The notes under the pieces: model-generated
Seen by the model: the letters and a program-made list of their open reading frames with translations, nothing else
What the model was told of the DNA's origin: nothing
Database searches by the model: none
Sequence record: NC_023719.1
Direction: 5' to 3' (one strand)
DNA length: 64,000 nt
Shown: piece by piece, positions 1 to 10,266 of the stretch
Position numbering within the stretch: the first letter of the stretch is position 1
Layout: each line of letters starts with the position of its first letter
Made by a program: the position numbers and the translations under genes

Positions 1-1683
1 ATGTTTGAATTATCAAAAATACAAAGCGATACAAAGGCTTTGCAAAATAATTTAGGCAAGATGAAACATCAAAATAAAATTGGAGGGGTTGATTTAGGTG
101 ACTATATTTTTAATAAGTTGATTACCAAGATGGATCCTATTGAATATTGTCATAGAGTTTTACGTGACCACTTACCTCCAAGTAGACAGAAATTACATGA
201 AAACCAAATAGAATTAATAAGAGCAGTTTGCAATCCTAAAGTAAGATCAGTTGCTGCACTGATGGCACGACAAGCTGGTAAAACAGAATCTATTGCTTCG
301 TTTACTGGTTATTTATTAGATAATTACCCAAACATGAGAATTGGCATATTTACACCACGTATACAACAAGCGGAAGTAAACGTTGGACGTACTGCTGTCT
401 TCTTTCAGATGAACGAGGAGAAGCTAAATAATAAACTAATAAAGTGTACAAAACAAAGAATCGAATTAAGCAATGGTTCATTTGTAATGGCGGTTTCTGG
501 TAGTGACCAATCTAACATTGAGGGTTTAACATTCGATATAATCGTACTAGATGAAGCACAAAAGATTTCTAATTATACAGTTTCTGAGCGTATAGTACCG
601 ATGGGTGGTGCGACAAACGCTAAATTGATTAAGATTGGAACGCCAAAATTTAGAAATCATTTCTGGGATAGTTTCCAACCCGGTGCTGCTTATGACCCAG
701 TAACAAATCCAAAGGGTTTTATTCAAATTAGGAGAGACTGGACACAGTGTCCGCAGTTATGGGCATTAGGTAAAACAATGTTACCTGATTATGAAGATCC
801 GTCTAAAGACAGACCATATTCAACGTACGTTCTAGGTTTAATGCCAAAATCTTTAAAGCAAGATATGTTTCCTAAAAATCCTGAAGTTTGGACAGAAGGA
901 GAAATGTCGGTAGAAGACTTTAAGACGCAGTATATGTTGGAATTTGTTGATGGCGCTGGACAATTTATAACTACTGAAGAATGGAATACGATGACTGGTA
1001 TAGAAAGAGAAATGGAAGACGACTTTGATTGGATAGAACAAGGTAAGATGGGAGAAAAATATGTTGCTGGTATTGACTTTGCTGGTTCTTCTTCCGACGG
1101 TGGAGACTTCACACATATTTCAGTATTGAGAGTTTTACCGAATGGTAAAAGACAAAAAGTATTTGGAATGGATATGCGTGGTCTTGATTACAATGTTCAA
1201 AGAATGGAAATCGTAAAGTTGTTTGGTGGACCAAAGCCAAGGTTTTCTGTAAGCTCTATATTTGCTGATTACACCGGCTGTGGTAGACCTATTATTGATA
1301 TATTGAAACATCAAGATGGTTTAACGATGTTAGAAGGTATTATTTTTAACGCTTCTGATACTTATACTCGTAGTGGAATGAATATGAAAAACATTATGTT
1401 TGCAAAAATAAAAAATGAAATTAACGTTGGAAGATTTGTGTATCCATCTAAAGATAGAATCAACGCTTCTGAAAATAAGGATTTAGTAGGTTTTTATCAT
1501 AAGATGATTGGTGAATGGAAAGATTTAGAAATGGAAACAAGAGCAACAGTTAATAAAATTATACAAGCTCCTTCTGGCGGACATGATGATACTTGTTGTT
1601 CTGATGCGCTAGCAAATTTCGCAGCTGAATTTGGTAGTAGAGGTAGAATGCCAAGACCGACTATTGGAAGAATGAGACGATAA
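1..1683 (+). CDS. terL: Terminase large subunit
   Basis: Walker A-like ARQAGKTE, Walker B IIVLDEAQ, nuclease-domain GIDFAG and HDD motifs; heads the morphogenesis module. Confidence 0.92.
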   Translation: MFELSKIQSDTKALQNNLGKMKHQNKIGGVDLGDYIFNKLITKMDPIEYCHRVLRDHLPPSRQKLHENQIELIRAVCNPKVRSVAALMARQAGKTESIASFTGYLLDNYPNMRIGIFTPRIQQAEVNVGRTAVFFQMNEEKLNNKLIKCTKQRIELSNGSFVMAVSGSDQSNIEGLTFDIIVLDEAQKISNYTVSERIVPMGGATNAKLIKIGTPKFRNHFWDSFQPGAAYDPVTNPKGFIQIRRDWTQCPQLWALGKTMLPDYEDPSKDRPYSTYVLGLMPKSLKQDMFPKNPEVWTEGEMSVEDFKTQYMLEFVDGAGQFITTEEWNTMTGIEREMEDDFDWIEQGKMGEKYVAGIDFAGSSSDGGDFTHISVLRVLPNGKRQKVFGMDMRGLDYNVQRMEIVKLFGGPKPRFSVSSIFADYTGCGRPIIDILKHQDGLTMLEGIIFNASDTYTRSGMNMKNIMFAKIKNEINVGRFVYPSKDRINASENKDLVGFYHKMIGEWKDLEMETRATVNKIIQAPSGGHDDTCCSDALANFAAEFGSRGRMPRPTIGRMRR

Positions 1684-1713
1684 ACACTGTAAATTTTTTA
1701 CAGTGTTTTTTTA
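1682..1713 (+). terminator. Rho-independent terminator after terL
   Basis: AAACACTGTAAA-ttt-TTTACAGTGTTT hairpin followed by T run. Confidence 0.85.
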
Positions 1714-1976
1714 TTTCTCTAAATTCAATTATAACATATAAGTCGTGAGTTTTAAGAAAATTTATTTGGTTTTTAGGAGAAATATATACATTAATGTCAA
1801 TTATTTATATTAGTCTGACAAGTAAAATGATTAAAAAAACTTGTAAAATGCATATGATAGTATTAGGAATAGGGATAAAAAGCAAAGACGCAGTCCTTAT
1901 AGCTAGCTATTTAGCTACAAGATTTAAAAATCTCATTTCTTATTTATGACTTAATAGGTTTTAAGAAGGAGGCTAG

Positions 1977-3212
1977 TTGATGAAAAAATCAACGCTTAAA
2001 AATGGTTTGGAAATTTATACAGAACAGGTAGATTCTGCTAAGACAGTTACATTTAGCGTTTATGCTAAAGTTGGCTCGTACAACGAAAAAGAAAATTTTG
2101 GTATTTCACACTTCATTGAACATATGGTTTTCAAAGGTACAAATACGAGAAATTCGCAAGACATTATGGAAGAAATTGAAAACGTTGGTGGTTATGTAAA
2201 CGCGGAAACTAGTTTTGAACATACTAGATATTTCGCCACTGTACCAGCTGAAGAATGGAAAACTGCTGCAGATGTTATTACCGATATAGTATTTAACTCT
2301 ACGTTCCCCGAAGAAGAAGTAGATTTAGAAAGAACCGTAATACAGGAAGAGTTAAAAATGTATTCTGATGATTCTTCTTCTCATGTTACAGATATGTTAT
2401 TAATTGCTATGCATAAAAGTTATCCAGAAAGACAGACTATAGGTGGAACAATACAGACTGTTGCAGATATAACAAGAGAAGACTTAGTTAATTTTAAAAA
2501 CAAGTTTTATCAACCTAATAATTTATTTATAGTTGCTACAGGTAAAGTTAATCATGATGATATTGTTGAATTTATGAAGCAATTTGAAAACATTGAACAA
2601 ACAAGTGAAATCGAGAAAGAAGAGCAATTTGAGCCAGATATTTTAAGTTCAGATACAGAATCTTTATCAAGAAACATTGAACAATCTCATTTTACTTGGG
2701 GATTATTTGGCCCATCCTCTAACGACCATGATATTTTTGCAGTTGAAGTTGCAGCAGCAATATTAGGTGGTAGTTCAAGTTCTAGACTATACCAATTAAT
2801 TCGTGAAAAAAGAGGATTAGCTTATACTGTTAGTGTTTTTACTTTTGAAATGAAACAGAATAGTATAATATGCGGTTATACTGGCTTAGACGCAAGTAGG
2901 ATTGAAGAAGTAAAAGAGATAGTAGTAGAAGAATTTGAAAGATTAAGAAATGAATTAGTTAGTGATAGTGAACTAAATAGAGTGATAGCTTATTTAAGAG
3001 GTAAACACATAATTGGTTTAGAAAAACCTTCTTCTATAAACGGATACATCGGTAGTTCAATCATAAAGAATTTATCAACAAATCCAGATGATTATATTAA
3101 AGGTCTTGAATCAGTTACAAAAGAAGATATTAAAAAAGTGGCTAGAAAGTATTTTACGCCAGATAATTGGCAATTTGCTGAAATTACACCTAAAAACCAG
3201 GAGGTTAACTAA
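1977..3212 (+). CDS. M16 (pitrilysin-like) zinc peptidase
   Basis: Inverted zinc motif HFIEH (HxxEH) followed by FKGT, NAETS, REKRGLAY; RBS AAGGAGG. Confidence 0.9.
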   Translation: MMKKSTLKNGLEIYTEQVDSAKTVTFSVYAKVGSYNEKENFGISHFIEHMVFKGTNTRNSQDIMEEIENVGGYVNAETSFEHTRYFATVPAEEWKTAADVITDIVFNSTFPEEEVDLERTVIQEELKMYSDDSSSHVTDMLLIAMHKSYPERQTIGGTIQTVADITREDLVNFKNKFYQPNNLFIVATGKVNHDDIVEFMKQFENIEQTSEIEKEEQFEPDILSSDTESLSRNIEQSHFTWGLFGPSSNDHDIFAVEVAAAILGGSSSSRLYQLIREKRGLAYTVSVFTFEMKQNSIICGYTGLDASRIEEVKEIVVEEFERLRNELVSDSELNRVIAYLRGKHIIGLEKPSSINGYIGSSIIKNLSTNPDDYIKGLESVTKEDIKKVARKYFTPDNWQFAEITPKNQEVN

Positions 3213-3839
3213 ATGGAAAACCAAGATAGAAACCAAGAAGAATTAGAAATGAATACTGAGAACACTGAAGTTGAGGGTAATGTCGATATAGATGATGTAA
3301 TAAAAGAGTTACCTATAGAAGAAGATTATCATTTGATTAAGAATGACCCAAATGCTATGTGGTTTAAATATGAAGAAAAAATAAGAAAAGTAACTAATTC
3401 GTTAGGTTACTGGAAAAACTTTGATTCAGATGAACTTTATCAACAAGCTTATATGTATTTTATAGATTTCTGTAAGAATTATGACCCTTATTACAATGGT
3501 AACTTCATTCCTTTTGATAAGTATTTATTCAAAAATCTAATTATTAAATTAAGAGCTTTTATACAAAGTTATTACTTTAGACGTAAAAGGGAACAACCTA
3601 CAGAATTTACAGAATATTTATTAGGTGCTTCTAAAGATCATTTACACACAGATGATAAATTATTTGTTGAATACATTTATGATCAAATCTCTGATAGACA
3701 AACTCAAATTATTAAATTATCTATGGACGGTTTTAGACAACAAGAGATTGGCGAAATCTTAGATATATCACAAAGCCGTGTATCAGTAATTAAAAAGAAA
3801 ACAATTAAAAAATTAAAAGATCAACTAAAAAGTGATTAA
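3213..3839 (+). CDS. Phage RNA polymerase sigma factor (sigma70-like, regions 2 and 4)
   Basis: DELYQQAYMYF..YDP region-2-like segment; C-terminal HTH QQEIGEILDISQSRVS. Confidence 0.75.
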   Translation: MENQDRNQEELEMNTENTEVEGNVDIDDVIKELPIEEDYHLIKNDPNAMWFKYEEKIRKVTNSLGYWKNFDSDELYQQAYMYFIDFCKNYDPYYNGNFIPFDKYLFKNLIIKLRAFIQSYYFRRKREQPTEFTEYLLGASKDHLHTDDKLFVEYIYDQISDRQTQIIKLSMDGFRQQEIGEILDISQSRVSVIKKKTIKKLKDQLKSD

Positions 3840-3912
3840 TTTTTAATAAATATGTAATAATCAGTGACCTCTTATTTATGTAATAAAAAAATGCCCTATA
3901 TGTTACACATAT

Positions 3913-4737
3913 ATGAGTGAGGTGTTCATTGAAATGATAAGACGTACTGATGATTATTCTGTTTTACCTGATAATGAGTTAAGTAAAATTATTTCTGCTG
4001 TTGAAAAAAAGGAAAAAGTGAAGCTTTTTGATTCCTTTGATAACAGAAGGGAAGCGGAAATAGCTAAATCCGAATTAGAGTTGCAAGGATTTAACGCAGT
4101 TATTGAAAAGACTGCTAGCAAATACAACGTTAAAACCGTTAAGGATTTAGTTGTAAATTTAGAAGAAGCTGAAAAAAGTGGACAATTTAAGAAATTAGCT
4201 TGGGGCAGATATTGTTTCCAAAGAGAATCTGGTGTTGGCGATTTATTTGAATATGACTTTAATGATGGTTCTATTTGGAAATCAGCAACTGACGAAAATG
4301 GTAATGCTATTTTAGTTAAAGAAGTAGAAGATGACGATGAAGATATCGTTGTTAGAAATATTCAAGATAATAGACAACAAACTAAAATGGCTTCAAAACA
4401 TAGTGAAGTTAGATATGCTTCTGATATTACTATTAAAAATATTGCAAAAATCTTATATGATACTGATTTTTCGGATACATTCTTACATTCAGCTACCCCT
4501 GAAGTAAAAAATTCTTTATATAAAATGTTTAATACTGATTTTGATAAATTAGTAGTTTCTAAGCTTAAAGAACAAAACATTACTGATGAAAAAGAAGTTA
4601 ATGAGATTAAGAAATTAACAGCAACGGCTTTAACAATGAGTGTAAACTCTAAATATAATTTCTCTAAATTCATTAACTCTGTAGTCAAAGAACGTTTAGA
4701 AAAAGTTGGACAACAAAGAAAGTATTTCAATAAGTAA
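3913..4737 (+). CDS. Hypothetical head-associated protein
   Basis: Long ORF in the head module; contains KTAS and KMAS motifs. Confidence 0.55.
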   Translation: MSEVFIEMIRRTDDYSVLPDNELSKIISAVEKKEKVKLFDSFDNRREAEIAKSELELQGFNAVIEKTASKYNVKTVKDLVVNLEEAEKSGQFKKLAWGRYCFQRESGVGDLFEYDFNDGSIWKSATDENGNAILVKEVEDDDEDIVVRNIQDNRQQTKMASKHSEVRYASDITIKNIAKILYDTDFSDTFLHSATPEVKNSLYKMFNTDFDKLVVSKLKEQNITDEKEVNEIKKLTATALTMSVNSKYNFSKFINSVVKERLEKVGQQRKYFNK

Positions 4738-4753
4738 CTGGAGGTTGACTAAG

Positions 4754-5851
4754 TTGAGTAGAATTAAAAAAATTAATAATAATAAAAGTCAATCTCTAGA
4801 TTATACTTTAAATGTAGATAATAATGAAGAGTATGGTAATAATGTGGATCCTGAAATTGATTGGACAACTGATGTTGACCTTCAAATGGATCCATCGAAA
4901 AATGATTATAATAAGGGGTATACTATGGATCCATATCAAATGAGATATTATGCTAATAGAAATATATTGCATGAAGTTAAAGCCGGTGAAAACTACGCTA
5001 CAATAGCTGAAAAATACTTTGGACATAAAAATTATGCTAGTAAGTTAGTAGAAATGAATAATGAGTTATCTAATAAAATCTTGAAGCCTGGCATGATGCT
5101 AATTGTAGGCAAAAAACCAGCAAAGGTTGCAGCGAAAGAAGTTAGAGATATCACTTATACTTCTGATAATTTAGCAAAGGAAATTATCACAATTTGGAGT
5201 CAAGTAGATGGACCTCTTCAAGATTTCTTTAATGCATTTACAATGAATAAAATGACAAATGAAATGAAGCAGCAGATAGCAAGTACTCTGAATGAATGGG
5301 GTTACAATGTAATCCCGCATTTAGAAGATAGAACTCCAAGATATGCAGCTAAGAAAGAATTGTTTAATAAGATTGCTAAAATATCTAAAGAGAAAAACAT
5401 GAAAAGAGTTTTCTCTGAATTAAACAACATCTGTCCTGATTCAAAAGTTGTATCTTCAATTTTAAGAGATATTGAAGAATTAAGTCAAAATGGAGTTATT
5501 GTTAAGAAGGCAGAAGCTCAAGGTTTAGTTGATTATTTTAAACAAATTTTCCCTGATGATTACGCTGTATCGTTGGTTGATATAACTCTTAATAAACCTA
5601 ATACTAGTTTTGAAGAATTTGATGAAAACCAAGAAATTTCAGATGAAGCTTTAGATCAAATGGAAAAAATGGATAGTGGTAATCAAGACCCAATGAGTAA
5701 ATCACCAAATGACGGCGGTTTAAACGGTTATGATTTCACTACTCACATGAGATCTGATGGTCCGGGTGGAGTTGCACCTACATCATTTGAAACTGGGCCA
5801 TTTAATGTATATAGAGCGAGCGTTAAAAATACTCGCTTAAAAAAAAAGTAA
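4754..5851 (+). CDS. LysM-domain putative virion protein
   Basis: LysM HEVKAGENYATIAEKYFG...LKPGMMLIV; start moved from 4706 to TTG 4754 (RBS GGAGGT, MSRIKK); ends at an A9 run plus TAA. Confidence 0.7.
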   Translation: MSRIKKINNNKSQSLDYTLNVDNNEEYGNNVDPEIDWTTDVDLQMDPSKNDYNKGYTMDPYQMRYYANRNILHEVKAGENYATIAEKYFGHKNYASKLVEMNNELSNKILKPGMMLIVGKKPAKVAAKEVRDITYTSDNLAKEIITIWSQVDGPLQDFFNAFTMNKMTNEMKQQIASTLNEWGYNVIPHLEDRTPRYAAKKELFNKIAKISKEKNMKRVFSELNNICPDSKVVSSILRDIEELSQNGVIVKKAEAQGLVDYFKQIFPDDYAVSLVDITLNKPNTSFEEFDENQEISDEALDQMEKMDSGNQDPMSKSPNDGGLNGYDFTTHMRSDGPGGVAPTSFETGPFNVYRASVKNTRLKKK

Positions 5852-5889
5852 CCGCTGATTCTATAGAAGATATTCCAGTTTATTTAGTT

Positions 5890-6240
5890 TTGGATGCACT
5901 TTCTAAAGCGTCGCATAATGTTTCTGATTTATTGAATAGAAAACTAGATGTTCCTCCAGTACCAATTGAAACAATTAGAAAACAAGATAACAACAAGGCG
6001 AGTGAAAATGAAAAAATACCTAGTGGGTATAGAATGCCTGTAAATATTGTTGAAGTTTATAGTATTTGGAAAATATTTGTTGAATATGAAAATAATGAAG
6101 TTAACGAAGCTTATGTAGTTATAAGTGCTGATAATATAATTGATGGTTACAAAAAAGGTGAATGGCAACGAGTAGAGTATCGTGGTTTTTATCTCACTTT
6201 TGAAGAAGCAAAAAATGAAATCAATGGATATTTGGAGTAG
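5890..6240 (+). CDS. Hypothetical protein; probably the -1-frame C-terminal extension of the LysM protein
   Basis: No RBS; its frame is open back through the A9 run at 5839-5847. Confidence 0.55.
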   Translation: MDALSKASHNVSDLLNRKLDVPPVPIETIRKQDNNKASENEKIPSGYRMPVNIVEVYSIWKIFVEYENNEVNEAYVVISADNIIDGYKKGEWQRVEYRGFYLTFEEAKNEINGYLE

Positions 6241-6286
6241 AAATTATCTTCTACTCCATAATAATTAAGGGCTAGGTGATATCAAA

Positions 6287-9079
6287 ATGGGAAAATTTAC
6301 AAGTTCGAACTTGTTCACTCAGAATAATAAAGAGAGTGTTCCAACTTGGATGAGCGAACTGGCTGATAATTTAGATGTTACAGAAAAAGAAATAGTAAAC
6401 TGGGAAACAGAGAAAAGAGGTATTTTTGCTGAATCTCAACAAGTTTACCGTCCAGAAGTTACAGCCGATCCACGTTCAATGACAAAGAATTACAATGAAA
6501 GTAGATTAATTTCTGAAGCGAAAATTAATTTAGCTAGATTTCTAACTGGCAAATACTATAAAGTTCAAGCAGCTAATGCAGGTACAAGTTATGTTACATT
6601 AAATGTTAAATTAGATAGTATTGCAGCAGATTTCCAATTCCCTTATGAAATTAATGCATTAGGTAAATTAGCACAAGCTAATACATTTTATGCTAACGAG
6701 GGAGAATATCCATTTAATAAAGGTGGATTTGAAGAATGCGTAGCAGATATTAAGTCTGGTAGAATCAAAACATCTTCTCCCGCTGAAGCTGTTGGTAAAG
6801 CTTTCTTAATTAATAGAGAAGAAATTATTAGACGTTTCAATGGTTATTTAAGACCTGCAACTGAAAAAATTGATGAGCTATTATCTCAAGGAGTTATCAT
6901 AGGTGCTGGTAGTAACACATATGCTTCATTCCATGATGTTGATCAATTATTCCCTCAAATAGAAAAACAAGCTGGTTCTTCTAGAATGGAAGAATTTCAC
7001 TTTGCTCCTAACAAAGAGAAAGTTGCTTCAGCTGAATACAAAACTGCAAATTACTTATCTTTAGATGCTAGTAAAATACTTAGTGATTATTTTGATGATT
7101 ATAAAATCAAAAACAGCAATAGAGATAATAATGAACTATTAGTTAAGGCTACAATCTTGGGTAAAAACGGAATTAGAAAGAATGTTGATTTCTCATTTGC
7201 TATTGAAAATGAGAAAGTTGCTGGTTTAAAAATAGCTGAAATTGATGACAATAGGATGACTATTGCACAATTGATGAATTATTTAGAACAGATTGATAAT
7301 ACAATGCTAAATAAATATCTTTCAACTAACAAATCTGCCTCTAAACATATATATTCTGGCGTAGTTCTTACTAAAAAAGATATTAGTGGGAAATTATTAA
7401 AAGTCGTTGAGTCTAGTAAAGTTGATAATGTTATTAAAAATTGGATTTTAGGTGGTTTTTTAACTCCTATTAATAGTACAACTTATGCAACTGAATATAG
7501 TTTCCAAGAGTTGTTAGCTAATTCAAATGAGGAAGCTTTATCTGATGAACAAATTGAAGAAATTACCGCTGCTCAAAGTCATTTTGGTGAAGGTTTAGAA
7601 GTTGAGACTGATTTAGAAAAACCAAATGAAGAAGTAAGAGAAGTAGAAGATAAAGGTTCTGAAGAATTAAAATTGGTAAACGCTAATGTTTATTTAAGTA
7701 AGCATTTGAAAAAATATACAATAACATCAGCTAAACAAAACAATGAAGAAACTTACACCTTAGATGTAAATTTAATTAACGAAAAAACAGGTACAAGGCA
7801 TAATATTCCATTTGCAGTAAATTTTGATGGAACTAAAGTTACTAGCTGCACAGCTAAAATTGGTAATAAAAACGTATCAATTGAAAAGTTATTAGAATCA
7901 TTTGCTTCAAATGAAGTTTTATCTTTATACTTACAAGATAAAAAAGATAATTTAAATGCTGGCCCTATTGTTATGACAGAAGAAAATATGAAACGTAAAT
8001 TAGCTTCTGTTGTTACAAGTACTGCTATTGATTCAATTATCGAGAAATGGATTAAGAATAAAACGGTAGCAAAGATTAACAGTAATACTTTAGCTAGCCC
8101 TAATTCTTTTGAAGAATTATTAGCGAGTATTGATTCTAATTATTTAATTTCTGAAGAAGAACAAGATGTAGCTAATTATCAAAAGAAACATTTTGGTAAA
8201 AACATAAAAGTTAAAACTGATGAAGTTACCAAAGATACTGGTGTAAGAGAAGCCGAAGAACAAGCTTGGACAGTAGAAAAGAAAAATGCATTTGCTGCAA
8301 ACACTATTGGTAAAATGTTTAAAGATTATAGAATGGTATCAAGCTTTGATAAAGATGATACTAACTTCATTACGGTTGCTACTGTTGTTAATCCAATTAG
8401 TAGTTTAGTAACTAATTTATCTTTCAGATTCTCTCAAGAAGATGGAAAGTTAAAGAATGTTGTAGCTGTATCTGATGAAAACGGAGAAGAAGTAACAATT
8501 GATAAAATTGTAGAGTTATTTGAAAAACAAACTTCTGACATTAATAAACATTTTGTTGCTCATAATAAAACAGATAATAGAATTCATAATGCTAATTTGA
8601 TTAGTAAAACGAATTTAATCAATAAATTGAAAATGGTTGCTAAATCTGAAGATGTACCAGAAATTATTAACAACCTCATGAAAACGAGTGCTATTGAAGC
8701 TATTAACAGCGTTACTTATAGTAGCCAATATCCAATTAATGAATTGATTAATATTGCAAATTCTCAAGGTAAGTTAAATATAGATGCTGGTAAAGAGCAA
8801 ATGAAATTAGCAGCTGGTAGAAGTGAAGATCAAACAATATCGTTTAGTAATAAATATGAAATGGCAACCGATACGAGAAATTTAGATAGAACTGTTAGAG
8901 AGTTAACTCCTCAAATGATAGAAGCAAAAAATCGTTTAGAAACTACAATTAAAAAAGCTGCATCTGTTAAAAAGATCACTAACAAAACTGCTGAACTATT
9001 TACTTTGTCACTAAGTCAAGCTAAAACTGCAACAGATTTAGAGAATGTAGCAAAAGAACTTAAAAAATATTTAGGGTAA
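6287..9079 (+). CDS. Large putative head-associated protein with four ~200-aa internal repeats
   Basis: Repeated blocks at about aa 173, 359, 561, 770; RBS AGGTGA. Confidence 0.65.
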   Translation: MGKFTSSNLFTQNNKESVPTWMSELADNLDVTEKEIVNWETEKRGIFAESQQVYRPEVTADPRSMTKNYNESRLISEAKINLARFLTGKYYKVQAANAGTSYVTLNVKLDSIAADFQFPYEINALGKLAQANTFYANEGEYPFNKGGFEECVADIKSGRIKTSSPAEAVGKAFLINREEIIRRFNGYLRPATEKIDELLSQGVIIGAGSNTYASFHDVDQLFPQIEKQAGSSRMEEFHFAPNKEKVASAEYKTANYLSLDASKILSDYFDDYKIKNSNRDNNELLVKATILGKNGIRKNVDFSFAIENEKVAGLKIAEIDDNRMTIAQLMNYLEQIDNTMLNKYLSTNKSASKHIYSGVVLTKKDISGKLLKVVESSKVDNVIKNWILGGFLTPINSTTYATEYSFQELLANSNEEALSDEQIEEITAAQSHFGEGLEVETDLEKPNEEVREVEDKGSEELKLVNANVYLSKHLKKYTITSAKQNNEETYTLDVNLINEKTGTRHNIPFAVNFDGTKVTSCTAKIGNKNVSIEKLLESFASNEVLSLYLQDKKDNLNAGPIVMTEENMKRKLASVVTSTAIDSIIEKWIKNKTVAKINSNTLASPNSFEELLASIDSNYLISEEEQDVANYQKKHFGKNIKVKTDEVTKDTGVREAEEQAWTVEKKNAFAANTIGKMFKDYRMVSSFDKDDTNFITVATVVNPISSLVTNLSFRFSQEDGKLKNVVAVSDENGEEVTIDKIVELFEKQTSDINKHFVAHNKTDNRIHNANLISKTNLINKLKMVAKSEDVPEIINNLMKTSAIEAINSVTYSSQYPINELINIANSQGKLNIDAGKEQMKLAAGRSEDQTISFSNKYEMATDTRNLDRTVRELTPQMIEAKNRLETTIKKAASVKKITNKTAELFTLSLSQAKTATDLENVAKELKKYLG

Positions 9080-9093
9080 GTGAGGTGATTTAT

Positions 9094-9477
9094 TTGAAAA
9101 AGCCACATATTTCATCTAACAATAGAACTAATTGGTCTTCTCCAGAGGAGACCGTTAGTCAACCTGTTGGTATTAATTATCAACAATTAATAAAAGATAT
9201 TGAGAAAAAAAATATTAAAAGAGAAAGTTCTTTAGTTAGAAAAGATTTAAGGAAAGATTTAAGAAAGACATCATTTCGTGATGAACATTTTTCTAATGAG
9301 TTAGAAAAGAATGATTCTGTAAATAAATTAGATCAAAAGAGTATTATTCCTATTCCTGGAGTAATGTTCGATACGCTTGAAAACAATGATGGTTATAGCG
9401 GGAAGTCAGGTAACTGGAACGATGTAACTAATAATCAACTTACAAATGGTCCACAATGGAATCCTATGACATTTTAA
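9094..9477 (+). CDS. Hypothetical protein
   Basis: ORF; TTG start chosen from RBS GAGGTGA. Confidence 0.5.
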   Translation: MKKPHISSNNRTNWSSPEETVSQPVGINYQQLIKDIEKKNIKRESSLVRKDLRKDLRKTSFRDEHFSNELEKNDSVNKLDQKSIIPIPGVMFDTLENNDGYSGKSGNWNDVTNNQLTNGPQWNPMTF

Positions 9478-9523
9478 GTTATAATCGCTATGGTTTATAA
9501 AACTGCGACTGGCGGTGATAGTA

Positions 9524-9931
9524 TTGACAAGGTTAAAAAAGATAAAACAGCTAGAAGGAAAAAGTTCAAGTAAATTGAGTAAAGTTGCAGCTGCAATGTA
9601 CGATATTGAAACTGAGATTCTGAATAGTGGAGATGCTATTGGCATTTCCGCTAGAACTGTAAATTGGAAGCCTTGGTTTCAAGTATACATAGAATACGGA
9701 ACTGGAACAAGTTCTTTCTATGATGGTCCCGACGCTGATAGAGCTTTTGGTGTTTATAAAGATTTACTTTTAGCATTTAAAGGAGTCAAGGCAGCTGAAA
9801 ATTTTGCTAAAAATATATCTAAATATGAAAAGCAATTAGAAATGTTTACGAATTCACCGGGAAACAAGGGATTAGACAATTATTATCATAACTTATTATT
9901 AAAAAGACCAAGTTTCTTAGGGTATTTCTAA
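9524..9931 (+). CDS. Hypothetical head-associated protein (MTRLKK tag)
   Basis: TTG start after SD-like GGCGGTGA; N-terminal RLKK...KVAA. Confidence 0.55.
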   Translation: MTRLKKIKQLEGKSSSKLSKVAAAMYDIETEILNSGDAIGISARTVNWKPWFQVYIEYGTGTSSFYDGPDADRAFGVYKDLLLAFKGVKAAENFAKNISKYEKQLEMFTNSPGNKGLDNYYHNLLLKRPSFLGYF

Positions 9932-9951
9932 AAGAAATATGAGGTGAAATA

Positions 9952-10170
9952 ATGAAAAAATCCAGATTAAAGAAGGTTTCGTTTGATGGTGGTGGAGGTA
10001 ATCCAGCTGGTGGAGATTTCCCAATGCCAATTCTTTTAAATGGCCCAATGGAAAAAGTTGACAATAAAGATGAAATCAATCAAGTAACTTTTGGACCATC
10101 TATTTCAAGAGAATGGTTATTTGAAAAACCTCTGGATAATCCCGAGTGGAGTTTAAGGAGTTCTGATTAA
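9952..10170 (+). CDS. Small hypothetical head-associated protein (MKKSRLKKVS tag)
   Basis: RBS GAGGTG; tag motif. Confidence 0.55.
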   Translation: MKKSRLKKVSFDGGGGNPAGGDFPMPILLNGPMEKVDNKDEINQVTFGPSISREWLFEKPLDNPEWSLRSSD

Positions 10171-10266
10171 AAAAAAGAATAAAATTTTATTAAAAATAAT
10201 ATATTTTATGGTTTTAAAACTAATAATAATAGTAGGTCTAAATAAATAATTGAAAATTTTTAGGAG

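Noticed and set aside
1899-1910. Palindrome ATAGCTAGCTAT upstream of the M16 gene
   Set aside because: Single short occurrence with no second copy found; it could be chance.
9490-9573. 27-aa ORF MVYKTATGG... overlapping the start of 9524
   Set aside because: No RBS; the SD-like GGCGGTGA inside it better supports TTG 9524.
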